Origin: Oligoflexia bacterium
GTDB lineage: Bacteria > Bdellovibrionota > UBA1018
DNA: 64,000 nt
Direction of reading: 5' to 3'
NCBI GenBank assembly: GCA_963758495.1
Contig: CAVWVI010000004.1
Span: 384,001-448,000, forward strand
Part shown: one piece after another, positions 18,353 to 27,380 of the stretch
Layout: the number at the start of each line of letters is the position of its first letter
Position numbering within the stretch: position 1 is the first letter of the stretch
Notes under the pieces: model-generated
The model's input: only the letters and a program-made list of their open reading frames with translations
Database searches by the model: none
What the model was told of the DNA's origin: nothing
Position numbers and translations under genes: made by a program

Positions 18353-19570
18353 ATGCATTTTATTCGAAGGAAAGTTGGTTTTTTCCTCGTTTGGGTTACA
18401 GCCTTGTGCCCTATTTTCCACTACTCTATTTCTGCTGATGCAACTGAAGCAGAAATAGACATGATCGAGCCCAAGTTTGGGCCTGAGTTCACATTCACCA
18501 ATCATGACCTGATCAGTGCAAGCGGTTTATCGGGGGAAATTATTACTTCTCCGGCAAATGGAGCTGCTAGAAACCAGTGGTTTCAATTGATGAAGAAAAA
18601 ATGTGCAGTTGTCGGCTGCACCTATCAATTTTTAAAAATTCGCAATTTTCCGATTACGATCCGATTTACTTATCCGGATGGATTTCATTACAATCTTTCC
18701 CTTGATCCAGGCGTCATAGAAATACAAATGAAGCCTTTGACTCTGAAGGAAACGATTCAATATAGCTCCCGAATCCAATCCGACATCTTTGATGTAGCAA
18801 CCCAGATTCATCTTGCTCCTGACGACTATTATGGAGGGGGCAGCATCCACGTAGATAAGAAAACGGGATTTAGAGACAACCCACTACTTTTCCTGGATTT
18901 TGTGGTCGATTATTCAAACCATTATACCCTGAGTACTGACAGCCTAGGAGAGTACCTGGACAATGCTCCTCCCATCTTGGCTTTGCCCAGGGTAAATCAA
19001 GAAAATTTTGCCAAAGTGATAGAAAATGCCAGATCGAGTAGGGAAAAAACGATTGAAAAAATTTCGAAAGAAATCATTGAGCAAGTGTACACTGCAAACC
19101 CTTATAACTTTACACCGACCGCAAAGTACCAAGCTCTTAACCTAAATAAGATGCTGAGACCTAACGAATCAGAAAGGACAGTCGAGATCAAAGGTATTCG
19201 TGCACAAAAAGATGTAGGAGAATACATCGCTCTCCTCAGAATTTTTCGAGCCAGAATCAACTTCCTTTACCAGCGAAGACTACACGGCTTTGGGGATGTA
19301 CTGTGGCTAGGTATCACAAAACCAGAAACTACCTTTAACGAGTCCATGAAATCCAAATCTCACTATAAACTTGTTGCAACCCAGTTCAAACGATACTTAG
19401 AAGAAACAGGACTACTCTGGCACGGCTTCAGGCATTTACTCAGACCTCCTACTTTACTGTCTCCTCCTACCCCTCTGAATGAGGACACGGAATGCCTTTC
19501 GAACAAAGATTTATGTTTTCCTCAAGATCAGTTTTTGAAAAACATGGAGACTCTCAGATCAAAGCTTTGA
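18353..19570 (+). CDS. secreted amidoligase-like (COOH-NH2 ligase fold) hypothetical protein
   Basis: FGPEFTF, DPGVIEIQ, GGGSIHVD, KYQALNL, RTVEIK follow the spacing of putative amidoligase motifs; signal peptide ending SADA. Confidence 0.55.
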   Translation: MHFIRRKVGFFLVWVTALCPIFHYSISADATEAEIDMIEPKFGPEFTFTNHDLISASGLSGEIITSPANGAARNQWFQLMKKKCAVVGCTYQFLKIRNFPITIRFTYPDGFHYNLSLDPGVIEIQMKPLTLKETIQYSSRIQSDIFDVATQIHLAPDDYYGGGSIHVDKKTGFRDNPLLFLDFVVDYSNHYTLSTDSLGEYLDNAPPILALPRVNQENFAKVIENARSSREKTIEKISKEIIEQVYTANPYNFTPTAKYQALNLNKMLRPNESERTVEIKGIRAQKDVGEYIALLRIFRARINFLYQRRLHGFGDVLWLGITKPETTFNESMKSKSHYKLVATQFKRYLEETGLLWHGFRHLLRPPTLLSPPTPLNEDTECLSNKDLCFPQDQFLKNMETLRSKL

Positions 19571-19593
19571 TCATTTAAACTGAACTTCTTCAT

Positions 19594-20226
19594 CTAATGT
19601 GAAAAACAAAAAAGAAGAACACCCATGACCGCGACTCCGCATCCTGTAATCACATCACCATAATGCTCAAACAAAGGATGATCGAGCTTTACTAAGCCCA
19701 ATGATATTAATAAAGTAGAGCCAATCAAAGAAACAAGCACACCCACAGAAAAGCAAAATAAGGTTAATACAGTAGCCAGGTACCCCTCTGAGGCGGCGGC
19801 CGCAAAGATCGGAAGTACAGCCACACAAGGAGAAAAACCAAGTGAAAATAAAAAGATAAATGGAGTTTTCTTATTTTGAGGGTCTGGGCCGTGATGGGTA
19901 TGTCCATGGCAATCAGAATGAATAAAAAAAGCCACTCCGGCATAAATCATTCCAAAGATCGCCAGTCCAAGTCCCGCATAACGCTCAATTTCATTTTCAT
20001 ATTGCGAGAGAAAATGAACTCCAATCCAAATGGATAAAAGACCTAATAAAAGGGACAGAAAAATATGACCTGAAGCTGTAACCACAGCTCCCATCATTGC
20101 GGTCCTCACAGACCACTTTCGTGTTTTAGCCATTAAGACAACAGGTAACCAATGCCCTGGGGCTAACGTATGGACAAGCCCGACAAATGCGGCAGAAATT
20201 GACAAAATAATCATAAATACTCGCAC
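19594..20226 (-). CDS. Ni/Co transporter-like membrane protein (NicO/RcnA-like)
   Basis: HTLAPGHWLP, GH in TM2, His-rich loop HSDCHGHTHHGP, SPC motif. Confidence 0.75.
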   Translation of the reverse strand: MRVFMIILSISAAFVGLVHTLAPGHWLPVVLMAKTRKWSVRTAMMGAVVTASGHIFLSLLLGLLSIWIGVHFLSQYENEIERYAGLGLAIFGMIYAGVAFFIHSDCHGHTHHGPDPQNKKTPFIFLFSLGFSPCVAVLPIFAAAASEGYLATVLTLFCFSVGVLVSLIGSTLLISLGLVKLDHPLFEHYGDVITGCGVAVMGVLLFCFSH

Positions 20227-20458
20227 CGATACCCATCATGCCAAAGGTTTTTAGTCAAGTTAAATCCATACATTCAGACCTAAAATAAGAAGGGATTTAT
20301 CAAATAACTCAACTATCAAGGCAATTAATTTACTCACGGATGAGCATAAAAAGATTACAGAGTATCATGTAAAATTCAATGACCTGATTGATGAAGTTGA
20401 ATTTCGACCCGGTCATATAATTAATCAAATGGCAGATGAGATGAAAAACCAGCGCTGC

Positions 20459-21004
20459 TTAAGCAGCAGCTTTTGGATGAACTCGAACTTTACCGTGAAC
20501 TCGAACTTTACCGTGAGCCCGTACTTCTTTTTCCAACTGTAGGTCACGAGCTAACTTAAACAATTGAATCTTTCTCATGAGTGAGCGAACTCGAGGAAAC
20601 AATACATTCTCTTCTTCTGTTACATGACTCTCAACATCTTCCATCAGTATTTTTATTTTATGAGTGGCTTTCTCACTCCCCAAGGATAAATGGGAGATTT
20701 CTTTTATAAGAACTTTCTGGTGCTTCTGATCTTCATAAGATTTAGCAATTTGGCGTTTAAGCTCGGGGAATTTCTCACAAGCAGGATAAAAAAGTGTCTC
20801 CTCAAGATGAGAATGAAGAAGGAGTTCCCTTTTGATCGCTTCAAAAGTCCGCTCTCGCCCACTTCTAGATGTGGAAAACCGCCATTGCAAAAAGAGCATT
20901 TCCACTCGGATGTGATCTCGCTCCAAAAGATCCAGTACATCCAGCTTGCGCCCAGTTAACATTTTAAAAACAAATTTCACTCTTTGTGTTAGCTCTGTTA
21001 CCAT
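20459..21004 (-). CDS. hemerythrin (HHE) domain protein
   Basis: LLERDH, HSHLEETLFYP, HVTEEENVLFP; C-terminal 18-bp tandem repeat encoding HGKVRV. Confidence 0.88.
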   Translation of the reverse strand: MVTELTQRVKFVFKMLTGRKLDVLDLLERDHIRVEMLFLQWRFSTSRSGRERTFEAIKRELLLHSHLEETLFYPACEKFPELKRQIAKSYEDQKHQKVLIKEISHLSLGSEKATHKIKILMEDVESHVTEEENVLFPRVRSLMRKIQLFKLARDLQLEKEVRAHGKVRVHGKVRVHPKAAA

Positions 21005-21051
21005 ACAGTTTATTTACTCAGCAAAACGCATGCCGAGCTTTTAAAAATAAC

Positions 21052-21666
21052 CTAGATTCCAAAACGCAGCCCAGTGATGATCTGAAGATCTCGAAAATAA
21101 ATTGACGTACCGTCCATTTTACTAATATTTTGAGCTCCTATTAAATAGCGACCATCCATTACCCACCGAGTTAAAGGAAGAATGCGAATATCCAACCCAG
21201 CACTGACAACCATACCATAATCATCAGCGCCAAATGTCGAAAAGCTATAAGCAGTATCCGTAGTTTGAGATGGATCAGAAACTGGGTAAGAATGAACACT
21301 CCCCACTCCATGAGAAAAATAAGGACCTAATCCTAAACTCAGAATAGAAAATGGCTGATATTTTAAAAGAGCCGGAAACTGAATGGTATCAAAAGTATTC
21401 ACTACCGTGCCCACTACGGAATCACTCTCACTATACCCGCGAGGCAAATAAAGGGCACCCACCTCAAGACTCAACTTTGAGAACATCTCAAACCTGAACA
21501 ATACACCGCCCCCGTAAGTATAACGAGAACCCACGGTAAAAATATTGCTAGGATCAGATGCAGCGGTCGGAAAAGCAACTGCCACCACAGGGATAAGACT
21601 CAATGCATGACAATCCAAAGCTGAAAGCATCGTGATTGTAGAACATAAGATTAAAATTTTTCTCAT
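21052..21666 (-). CDS. outer-membrane beta-barrel protein (OMP_b-brl-like)
   Basis: Signal peptide; IQFPALLKY, SLGLGPYFS, DYG, DGRY, terminal GLRFGI. Confidence 0.75.
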   Translation of the reverse strand: MRKILILCSTITMLSALDCHALSLIPVVAVAFPTAASDPSNIFTVGSRYTYGGGVLFRFEMFSKLSLEVGALYLPRGYSESDSVVGTVVNTFDTIQFPALLKYQPFSILSLGLGPYFSHGVGSVHSYPVSDPSQTTDTAYSFSTFGADDYGMVVSAGLDIRILPLTRWVMDGRYLIGAQNISKMDGTSIYFRDLQIITGLRFGI

Positions 21667-22088
21667 AAAAGAATTTTAATCCCTTCTAAGTAGGACTTCC
21701 ACCCCAATCCGCAAATCTGCTTCACACAAACAGGTGCTATCACTGAAATTTTTCTAAATTTCTCTCGTTTATGAATATCCGATAAATGAACCTCGACCGT
21801 TGGCAAAGCAATCGAATCTATAGCATCACGCAGTGCATATGAATAATGAGTATAAGCTCCTGGATTAATCACAACTCCATCGACTTTTTTTCTATAGTGA
21901 TGAAGTAGATCAATGAGATCACCTTCTGAGTTTGATTGAAATATCTGGAGACTTACCCCTAGCTCCTGAGCTGATTTTCTAAGCTGTACGTTGACTTGAC
22001 GTAACGTCATCTTTCCATAAACATCTGGATTGCGCTCGCCCAATAAATTTAAATTTGGACCATGCAAAACAAGGATCTTCTTCTTCAC
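21663..22088 (-). CDS. aroQ: type II 3-dehydroquinate dehydratase
   Basis: LHGPNLNLLGER, QSNSEG, INPGAYTHYSYALRDA, VEVHLSDIHKREKFR. Confidence 0.97.
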   Translation of the reverse strand: MKKKILVLHGPNLNLLGERNPDVYGKMTLRQVNVQLRKSAQELGVSLQIFQSNSEGDLIDLLHHYRKKVDGVVINPGAYTHYSYALRDAIDSIALPTVEVHLSDIHKREKFRKISVIAPVCVKQICGLGWKSYLEGIKILL

Positions 22089-23191
22089 GCCGTACCTTTC
22101 CTTAACCAGTCCAAGGTCACAAGGATTTTATTATCCGAAATATTTCGATCCAATACTGGCTTTCCTATTGCCTTGAGAAGTACAAAACGAGTGATTCCAT
22201 TTTCAGATTTTTTATCGTGCTTCAATCTCGCAAGCAATGTGCTATTTTTAATCTTTTTTGAAATGGGTGGCACCGGTAGACTTCCGAGGAAAGTATCTAC
22301 CTCAATCTGAACTTTTTGACTCAAATGCCCTGACAAGACAGAAAGATGAAGGGCAGCACGCATCCCCAAAATCACAGCCTCACCATGTCTAAAATAACCA
22401 TATCCCGCTTCCGCTTCCAATGCGTGACCGAGTGTATGTCCAAAATTGAGAACCTCTCGAATACCTATTCGATCTAACTCATCTTTTGTCACGATCTTAG
22501 CTTTCCAGCTTAAACATTGATGAATGGCTCCAACTATTTTTTTAGGATTTAAAATTAAAAATTTCTGCCAGTCTTCTTTTAATTGTAAAAAAAAACTAGG
22601 GTCAAACAGGAGTCCATATTTGATCATCTCCCCTAATCCCGAAACCAACTCACGCCTTGGAAGCGTTTTTAGAAAAGATGAATCACAGATAATTACTGAA
22701 GGTTGATGAAACACCCCAATTAGATTTTTGCCTTGTTCGTGATTGATACCGGTTTTTCCTCCTAAGGAACTATCTATCTGAGCTAAAAGAGTGGTCGGTA
22801 TTCCAACCCAACGAATTCCTCTGAGAAACGTTCCCGCAATAAAACCAGCAACATCCCCAATCACTCCGCCACCTAATGCAAAAATTACAGAATGTCGATT
22901 ACCTCCTGCCCGCAACAATTGTCCATATAATGGGTAAATCCGACGAAAATCTTTTAACTCCTCTGATGCTTTAACAAAAATCGTATGGGTTTTCCAACCT
23001 GCCGCCTTTAAACCCTGATTCAATTTTTGAACATGCCCTTTAAGCCGTTGATCCGCAATAATGAAGCCTTGTTTCAATTTTCCTTTCGGAAAGCTGTCTT
23101 GTAAAAGATGCTTTGTAATACGTTGGACAATTTCATTTCCAACCCAAATTTTATGTTCACCACTTGACGAAGTTAAAATAATTTTTTTCAT
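22085..23191 (-). CDS. aroB: 3-dehydroquinate synthase
   Basis: ALGGGVIGDVAGF, PTTLLAQIDSSLGGKTGIN, LNFGHTLGHALE, HGEAV, HDKK. Confidence 0.97.
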   Translation of the reverse strand: MKKIILTSSSGEHKIWVGNEIVQRITKHLLQDSFPKGKLKQGFIIADQRLKGHVQKLNQGLKAAGWKTHTIFVKASEELKDFRRIYPLYGQLLRAGGNRHSVIFALGGGVIGDVAGFIAGTFLRGIRWVGIPTTLLAQIDSSLGGKTGINHEQGKNLIGVFHQPSVIICDSSFLKTLPRRELVSGLGEMIKYGLLFDPSFFLQLKEDWQKFLILNPKKIVGAIHQCLSWKAKIVTKDELDRIGIREVLNFGHTLGHALEAEAGYGYFRHGEAVILGMRAALHLSVLSGHLSQKVQIEVDTFLGSLPVPPISKKIKNSTLLARLKHDKKSENGITRFVLLKAIGKPVLDRNISDNKILVTLDWLRKGTA

Positions 23192-23196
23192 TTATA

Positions 23197-23297
23197 GTAA
23201 GTAGCTCCTTCAGGGTTGTTGACAAGCACTGCAAGGAGTCCTGTTGCGCCGTTAAGATTTAGATTCCCGGCGCATCAGGACTCCTTGCAGTGCTTAC
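23197..23297. repeat. composite REP-like element containing a 28-bp-arm hairpin
   Basis: Arms AAGCACTGCAAGGAGTCCTGTTGCGCCG (23224-23251) / CGGCGCATCAGGACTCCTTGCAGTGCTT (23268-23295), 1 mismatch, 16-nt loop; whole unit bounded by GTAAG...CTTAC. Confidence 0.85.
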
Positions 23298-23306
23298 ATT
23301 TATTTC

Positions 23307-23924
23307 TCACCAAATATCGAGCATTAATCCTACGAAAATATCAACGTTCCTGCTACGCTGAGTAGTCGCCGAGTTCGAACTGAGATTAGCAAAACCATAT
23401 TGATAGAGAATATCTAGTCTCACTTTGAGCAATGACGCTAATGGCAATCGAATTCCCACCCCCCCTAATAATCCATAATCATTCGATCCATTTCCAATTT
23501 GCGCTGTGGTTACGTTGGACACAAGAGTCTCGATTGAAGCAGCGGATAAAACTCCATAATATCCACCTAAACTAAAAGATACCAAACTGAATGGCACAAA
23601 GCGAAGAAGCAAAGGTACATCAATGTATTTGTTAGTATAGTTTTGAGTAACAGCGCCTGTAAAAGTACTAAAAGAATGAGTTAAAAAGAGTAAACCGGAT
23701 TCCAAACTAAAAAATGGATTGAGATCAACACCCACTGTGCCTCCCACTCCAAACGCAGTTCCACTTGAACTCTGGGTACTCGGAGTCGTACTTAAGCTAT
23801 AATTTGATTGAGTCACCGCACCAAGAAGCGAAAAATCGAGTGCATATGCAGAGTGAGGGGATAATGAACCTAAAAACATTATGAAAAATGCTATGATTAA
23901 ATTATTCTTTTTAAATTTTTTCAA
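23307..23924 (-). CDS. outer-membrane beta-barrel protein
   Basis: TTG start with AAGGAG SD, signal peptide; YIDVPLLLRF, DYGLLGGVG, terminal aromatic (GLMLDIW); same family as 21052..21666. Confidence 0.78.
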   Translation of the reverse strand: MKKFKKNNLIIAFFIMFLGSLSPHSAYALDFSLLGAVTQSNYSLSTTPSTQSSSGTAFGVGGTVGVDLNPFFSLESGLLFLTHSFSTFTGAVTQNYTNKYIDVPLLLRFVPFSLVSFSLGGYYGVLSAASIETLVSNVTTAQIGNGSNDYGLLGGVGIRLPLASLLKVRLDILYQYGFANLSSNSATTQRSRNVDIFVGLMLDIW

Positions 23925-23959
23925 ACACTACTCTCCTTGTTCATACAAACTTAAACAAC

Positions 23960-23976
23960 GTAAGTAGTTCCTTTAG
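23960..23976. repeat. partial REP-like repeat copy
   Basis: GTAAGTAGTTCCTTTAG, reverse complement of the CTAAAGGAACT(A/G)CTTAC core. Confidence 0.6.
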
Positions 23977-24004
23977 GACTCTAACTCGAAAAATACAAAT
24001 ATAA

Positions 24005-24031
24005 AGGGCAGGTTTCATCGAAACCTACCCT
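24005..24031 (-). terminator. probable terminator of the GQK-repeat gene
   Basis: Minus strand AGGGTAGGTTTC-GAT-GAAACCTGCCCT followed by TTATATTT. Confidence 0.65.
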
Positions 24032-24060
24032 CGAATGATCAAATCGTGCTTTAAGTAAAA

Positions 24061-24438
24061 TTAAAAGCCAGTACCGCTAGACTTCTGTCCTGCCTTCTGA
24101 GTTGACTTCTGTCCAGCCTGACCTGCTTTCTGTCCTGCCTTCTGTCCAGCCTGACCTGCTTTCTGTCCTGCCTTCTGTCCAGCCTGGCCTGCTTTCTGTC
24201 CTGCCTTTTGTCCAGCCTGACCTGCCTTCTGTCCAGCCTGACCTGCTTTCTGCCCAGCCTGACCTGCTTTCTGTCCAGCCTGGCCTGCTTTCTGCCCAGC
24301 TTGACCTTTCTGTCCGGCTTGGGTAGCTTTCTGGCCTGATTTCACATTTGAAGTAATACCCGCAAATACAGGTGAAGCACTACCCAACGCTAACGCAAAA
24401 GCACCTAAAAATAGTGATGAAGTTACGATACGTTTCAT
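24061..24438 (-). CDS. secreted low-complexity protein made of GQKAGQA/GQKA repeats
   Basis: AAGGAG SD, classical signal peptide (..SPVFA), 21-bp and 12-bp coding repeats with synonymous variation, own terminator. Confidence 0.8.
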   Translation of the reverse strand: MKRIVTSSLFLGAFALALGSASPVFAGITSNVKSGQKATQAGQKGQAGQKAGQAGQKAGQAGQKAGQAGQKAGQAGQKAGQKAGQAGQKAGQKAGQAGQKAGQKAGQAGQKSTQKAGQKSSGTGF

Positions 24439-24728
24439 AACATGATCTCCTTTATTATTTTTACAGTTGTCAGTCCGGAACTTTGCAACCGAAATGCCAC
24501 CTAGTAATTAAGTAATAAACCCCAAGAAAACAATTTGTTATCGATTTGAATTGATTTACATAAAGTTTAGACTCAAATAATCAGAAACGAATTTACATTT
24601 TTAGTCAAAATTTATTAATTTCCAAATCCCGCAACCACATGGGACTTTAGGTTGTTTGAAATTTATAACTTAACTTGATATAGATTATTTATATCTATTT
24701 ATTATTACTTTAAATATTAATATTCAAG

Positions 24729-24908
24729 AAAATAAACCCGTGCTTTTTAAAAAGCCGGGCGTTGCAACGGATCTAGGAACCCTGTGCAAGCTTGCAGGCG
24801 ACAACGTACAGTCGGCAGCTAAGATTAAGAAAAAAAAAGAACGTTATACTAAATACTGATATCCTCTGTCGGATATCAGCCACTTCCTGTCCGCTGCTAC
24901 CGAACACC
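24729..24908 (-). ncRNA. candidate structured non-coding RNA or attenuator, family unrecognised
   Basis: Long-range stem 24761-24779 with 24884-24900 (G-U compatible on the minus strand), internal hairpins 24781-24798, 24799-24814 and 24856-24879, U-rich linker, terminator-like hairpin 24737-24759 plus U tract. Confidence 0.45.
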
Positions 24909-25017
24909 TAAAATATAAACTTAATACGCGGCGTCATAACTTTCGACTTTGACTCTTTTCTCGAATAGGGTAAGCCGTGATTGCTTTTTTAGTTATTGAT
25001 CAATAAGGAAATTCTCT

Positions 25018-26502
25018 ATGAGTCACAGTATTTATTTAAACTTCATTCGCGGCCAATGGAAAACAGGAAGTTCGGAGGAATGGGATTTTAATCAAAATCC
25101 TGCAAATCCGAAGCAGATTCTTGGAAAATCAACTCGCTCTACAATTGCAGATGTCGATGCGGCAATTGAAGCCGCAAAGGCAGCACAAATAAACTGGGCA
25201 CAAACTCCCCGTCCCCAAAGAGGAGCCATTTTAGACAAAACTGCCAAAATTCTCCGCCAAAAAGTAGATTTCCTCGCGCAGATCCTCACCCAAGAAGAGG
25301 GGAAAAATTTAAATGAATCTCGGGGGGAAGTACTTAAAGCGATTAATAGCTTAGAATTCACAGCCTCTGAAGGACGGCGCCCTACTGGACAAGTCATTCC
25401 CTCGGAAATGCCTAATACATTTCTTTACACGGATCGAACACCCCTGGGAGTCGTCGCAATCATTACTCCTTGGAATTTCCCTATCTGTATTCCAGCATGG
25501 AAAATTGGCCCTGCTCTGCTCGAAGGAAACGCAGTCGTATTTAAACCTGCCACTCTCACTCCGGCAACAGCTTGCGAACTGGTTCGAGCCTTTGAAGAAG
25601 CGGGATTGCCGGCTGGCGTATTAAATTTGATTTATGGTAGCGGAAGCATCATTGGAAATGCCTTGACTCAGGATAAGAGAGTTCATGGCATTTCATTTAC
25701 GGGATCTAATGAAATAGGAACCGAATTAAATGTCCAAGCAGCAAAGAGACTTGCTCATGTCCAATTAGAAATGGGAGGAAAGAATCCCATTATCGTCCTA
25801 GCAGATGCTGACTTGGATCAAGCTGTTGAAGCAACCATTCAAGGTGCCTTCGGTTCTACTGGGCAAAGATGTACAGCCACATCTCGAGCTATTGTTGAAC
25901 AAAGTGTACATGCGGAATTCACAAAGAAACTTTTAGCGCGTACTCACACCCTAAAAGTAGGAGATGGAATTCTTGATCCACAAGCCATGGGTCCAGTCGT
26001 GGATGAGAAACAGTTTAAATCAGTCCTTGATGCAATAGAAACAGGCATTCGAGAAGGTGCCCAACTCATTTGTGGAGGCAAATCTCTTGTAGGAGATGTG
26101 ACTCATCACGGTTACTTCATCTCACCGACTCTATTTGATTTTGTTTCACCCACCATGACTCTCGCTCGTAATGAAATATTTGGTCCTGTTCTCGCTATTA
26201 TTCCTGTAAACAACTTCGAAGATGCAATTGCTGTTGCAAATTCAGTGGATTATGGACTTTCTTCCTCTATCTATACCAAAGATATTCAGAGGGTCATGCA
26301 CTATGCTCAAAAAATCGAGACAGGAATTCTCCACGTTAACTCCCCTACTGTAGGAGGCGAAGTTCAAGCTCCATTTGGGGGAATGAAATCTACTGGATTG
26401 GGAGGAAGAGAGATGGGTAGTACTGGACCCGAGTTTTTCTGCGAGATTAAATCAATTTATATTGACTACAACTCAAGTATCCGAAAAGGGAACCTTTATT
26501 AA
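25018..26502 (+). CDS. aldehyde dehydrogenase (KGSADH-like subfamily)
   Basis: ITPWNFP, FKPA, FTGSNEIG, LEMGGKNP, GQRCTATSR, EIFGPV, APFGGMKSTG. Confidence 0.95.
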   Translation: MSHSIYLNFIRGQWKTGSSEEWDFNQNPANPKQILGKSTRSTIADVDAAIEAAKAAQINWAQTPRPQRGAILDKTAKILRQKVDFLAQILTQEEGKNLNESRGEVLKAINSLEFTASEGRRPTGQVIPSEMPNTFLYTDRTPLGVVAIITPWNFPICIPAWKIGPALLEGNAVVFKPATLTPATACELVRAFEEAGLPAGVLNLIYGSGSIIGNALTQDKRVHGISFTGSNEIGTELNVQAAKRLAHVQLEMGGKNPIIVLADADLDQAVEATIQGAFGSTGQRCTATSRAIVEQSVHAEFTKKLLARTHTLKVGDGILDPQAMGPVVDEKQFKSVLDAIETGIREGAQLICGGKSLVGDVTHHGYFISPTLFDFVSPTMTLARNEIFGPVLAIIPVNNFEDAIAVANSVDYGLSSSIYTKDIQRVMHYAQKIETGILHVNSPTVGGEVQAPFGGMKSTGLGGREMGSTGPEFFCEIKSIYIDYNSSIRKGNLY

Positions 26503-26516
26503 AAAGGGGGCTTTTT

Positions 26517-27380
26517 ATGACACGAATTATAAATGCCGGTCTCATTCAATTATCTAACTGCATTGATACGACTGAATCTTGTAAAAATATTCGAAATGCA
26601 ATGATTGACGCCCATTTGCCATTCATACACGAAGCAGCTCAACGTGGAACTCAGATTCTTTGCTTTCAAGAGATCTTTAATGGTCCGTACTTTTGTCCTT
26701 CTCAAGATATCAAATGGTACGATATGGCAGAAGAAATTCCGAATGGTCCTACCACGCGAATCATGCAGGATTTAGCAAAGAAATATGGAATGGCGATCGT
26801 TGTTCCTCTTTATGAACGAGAAATGAGCGGTGTATATTACAATACTGCGGCAGTAATTGATGCAGATGGAAAATACCTGGGGAAATATAGAAAAAACCAC
26901 ATCCCGCAAGTAGCGGGGTTTTGGGAAAAGTTTTTCTTTAAACCTGGAAATCTAGGCTACCCTGTATTTCAGACCGCTTATGCTAAAATCGGCGTTTATA
27001 TTTGTTATGATCGACACTTTCCAGAGGGCGCTCGCGCGCTAGGACTGAATGGGGCCGAGATCGTATTTAATCCTTCTGCAACTGTGGCGGGCCTTTCTCA
27101 ATACCTTTGGGAACTAGAACAGCCTGCGCATGCTGCAGCAAATGGATATTTTATTGCCGCTATTAATAGAGTCGGTCGCGAGATGCCTTGGAATATCGGT
27201 GAATTCTACGGGTCCAGTTATTTTGCGAATCCGCGTGGCAAGATTTTTGCTCAGGCTTCCCCAAGTGAGAATCAACTCCTGACTGCTGAGCTAGATCTCT
27301 CTTTAATCGACGACGTTAGAAATCTTTGGCAGTTTTACCGAGATCGACGACCTGAAACCTATGAGGATTTATTAAAATGA
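26517..27380 (+). CDS. pydC: beta-ureidopropionase (nitrilase/CN hydrolase family)
   Basis: CFQEIFNGPYFC, KYRKNHIP, FWEKFFFKPGNLGYPVF, ICYDRHFPE, FYRDRRPETY; operon context with hydA. Confidence 0.88.
   Translation: MTRIINAGLIQLSNCIDTTESCKNIRNAMIDAHLPFIHEAAQRGTQILCFQEIFNGPYFCPSQDIKWYDMAEEIPNGPTTRIMQDLAKKYGMAIVVPLYEREMSGVYYNTAAVIDADGKYLGKYRKNHIPQVAGFWEKFFFKPGNLGYPVFQTAYAKIGVYICYDRHFPEGARALGLNGAEIVFNPSATVAGLSQYLWELEQPAHAAANGYFIAAINRVGREMPWNIGEFYGSSYFANPRGKIFAQASPSENQLLTAELDLSLIDDVRNLWQFYRDRRPETYEDLLK

Noticed and set aside
21052..23924. Functional link between the two OMP paralogs and aroB/aroQ
   Set aside because: Only adjacency and a 4-bp overlap support it; no mechanistic evidence in the sequence
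24100..24335. Tandem repeats resembling a CRISPR array
   Set aside because: Units are 12 or 21 bp, contiguous, in-frame coding repeats with no unique spacers and no cas genes
24770..24890. Cobalamin riboswitch, SRP, RNase P or tmRNA identity for the structured intergenic region
   Set aside because: Only isolated words match (AGGAA..GTGCAA, GCCACT); the B12 box, GAGGAAAGTCC, SRP loop and tRNA-like ends are absent
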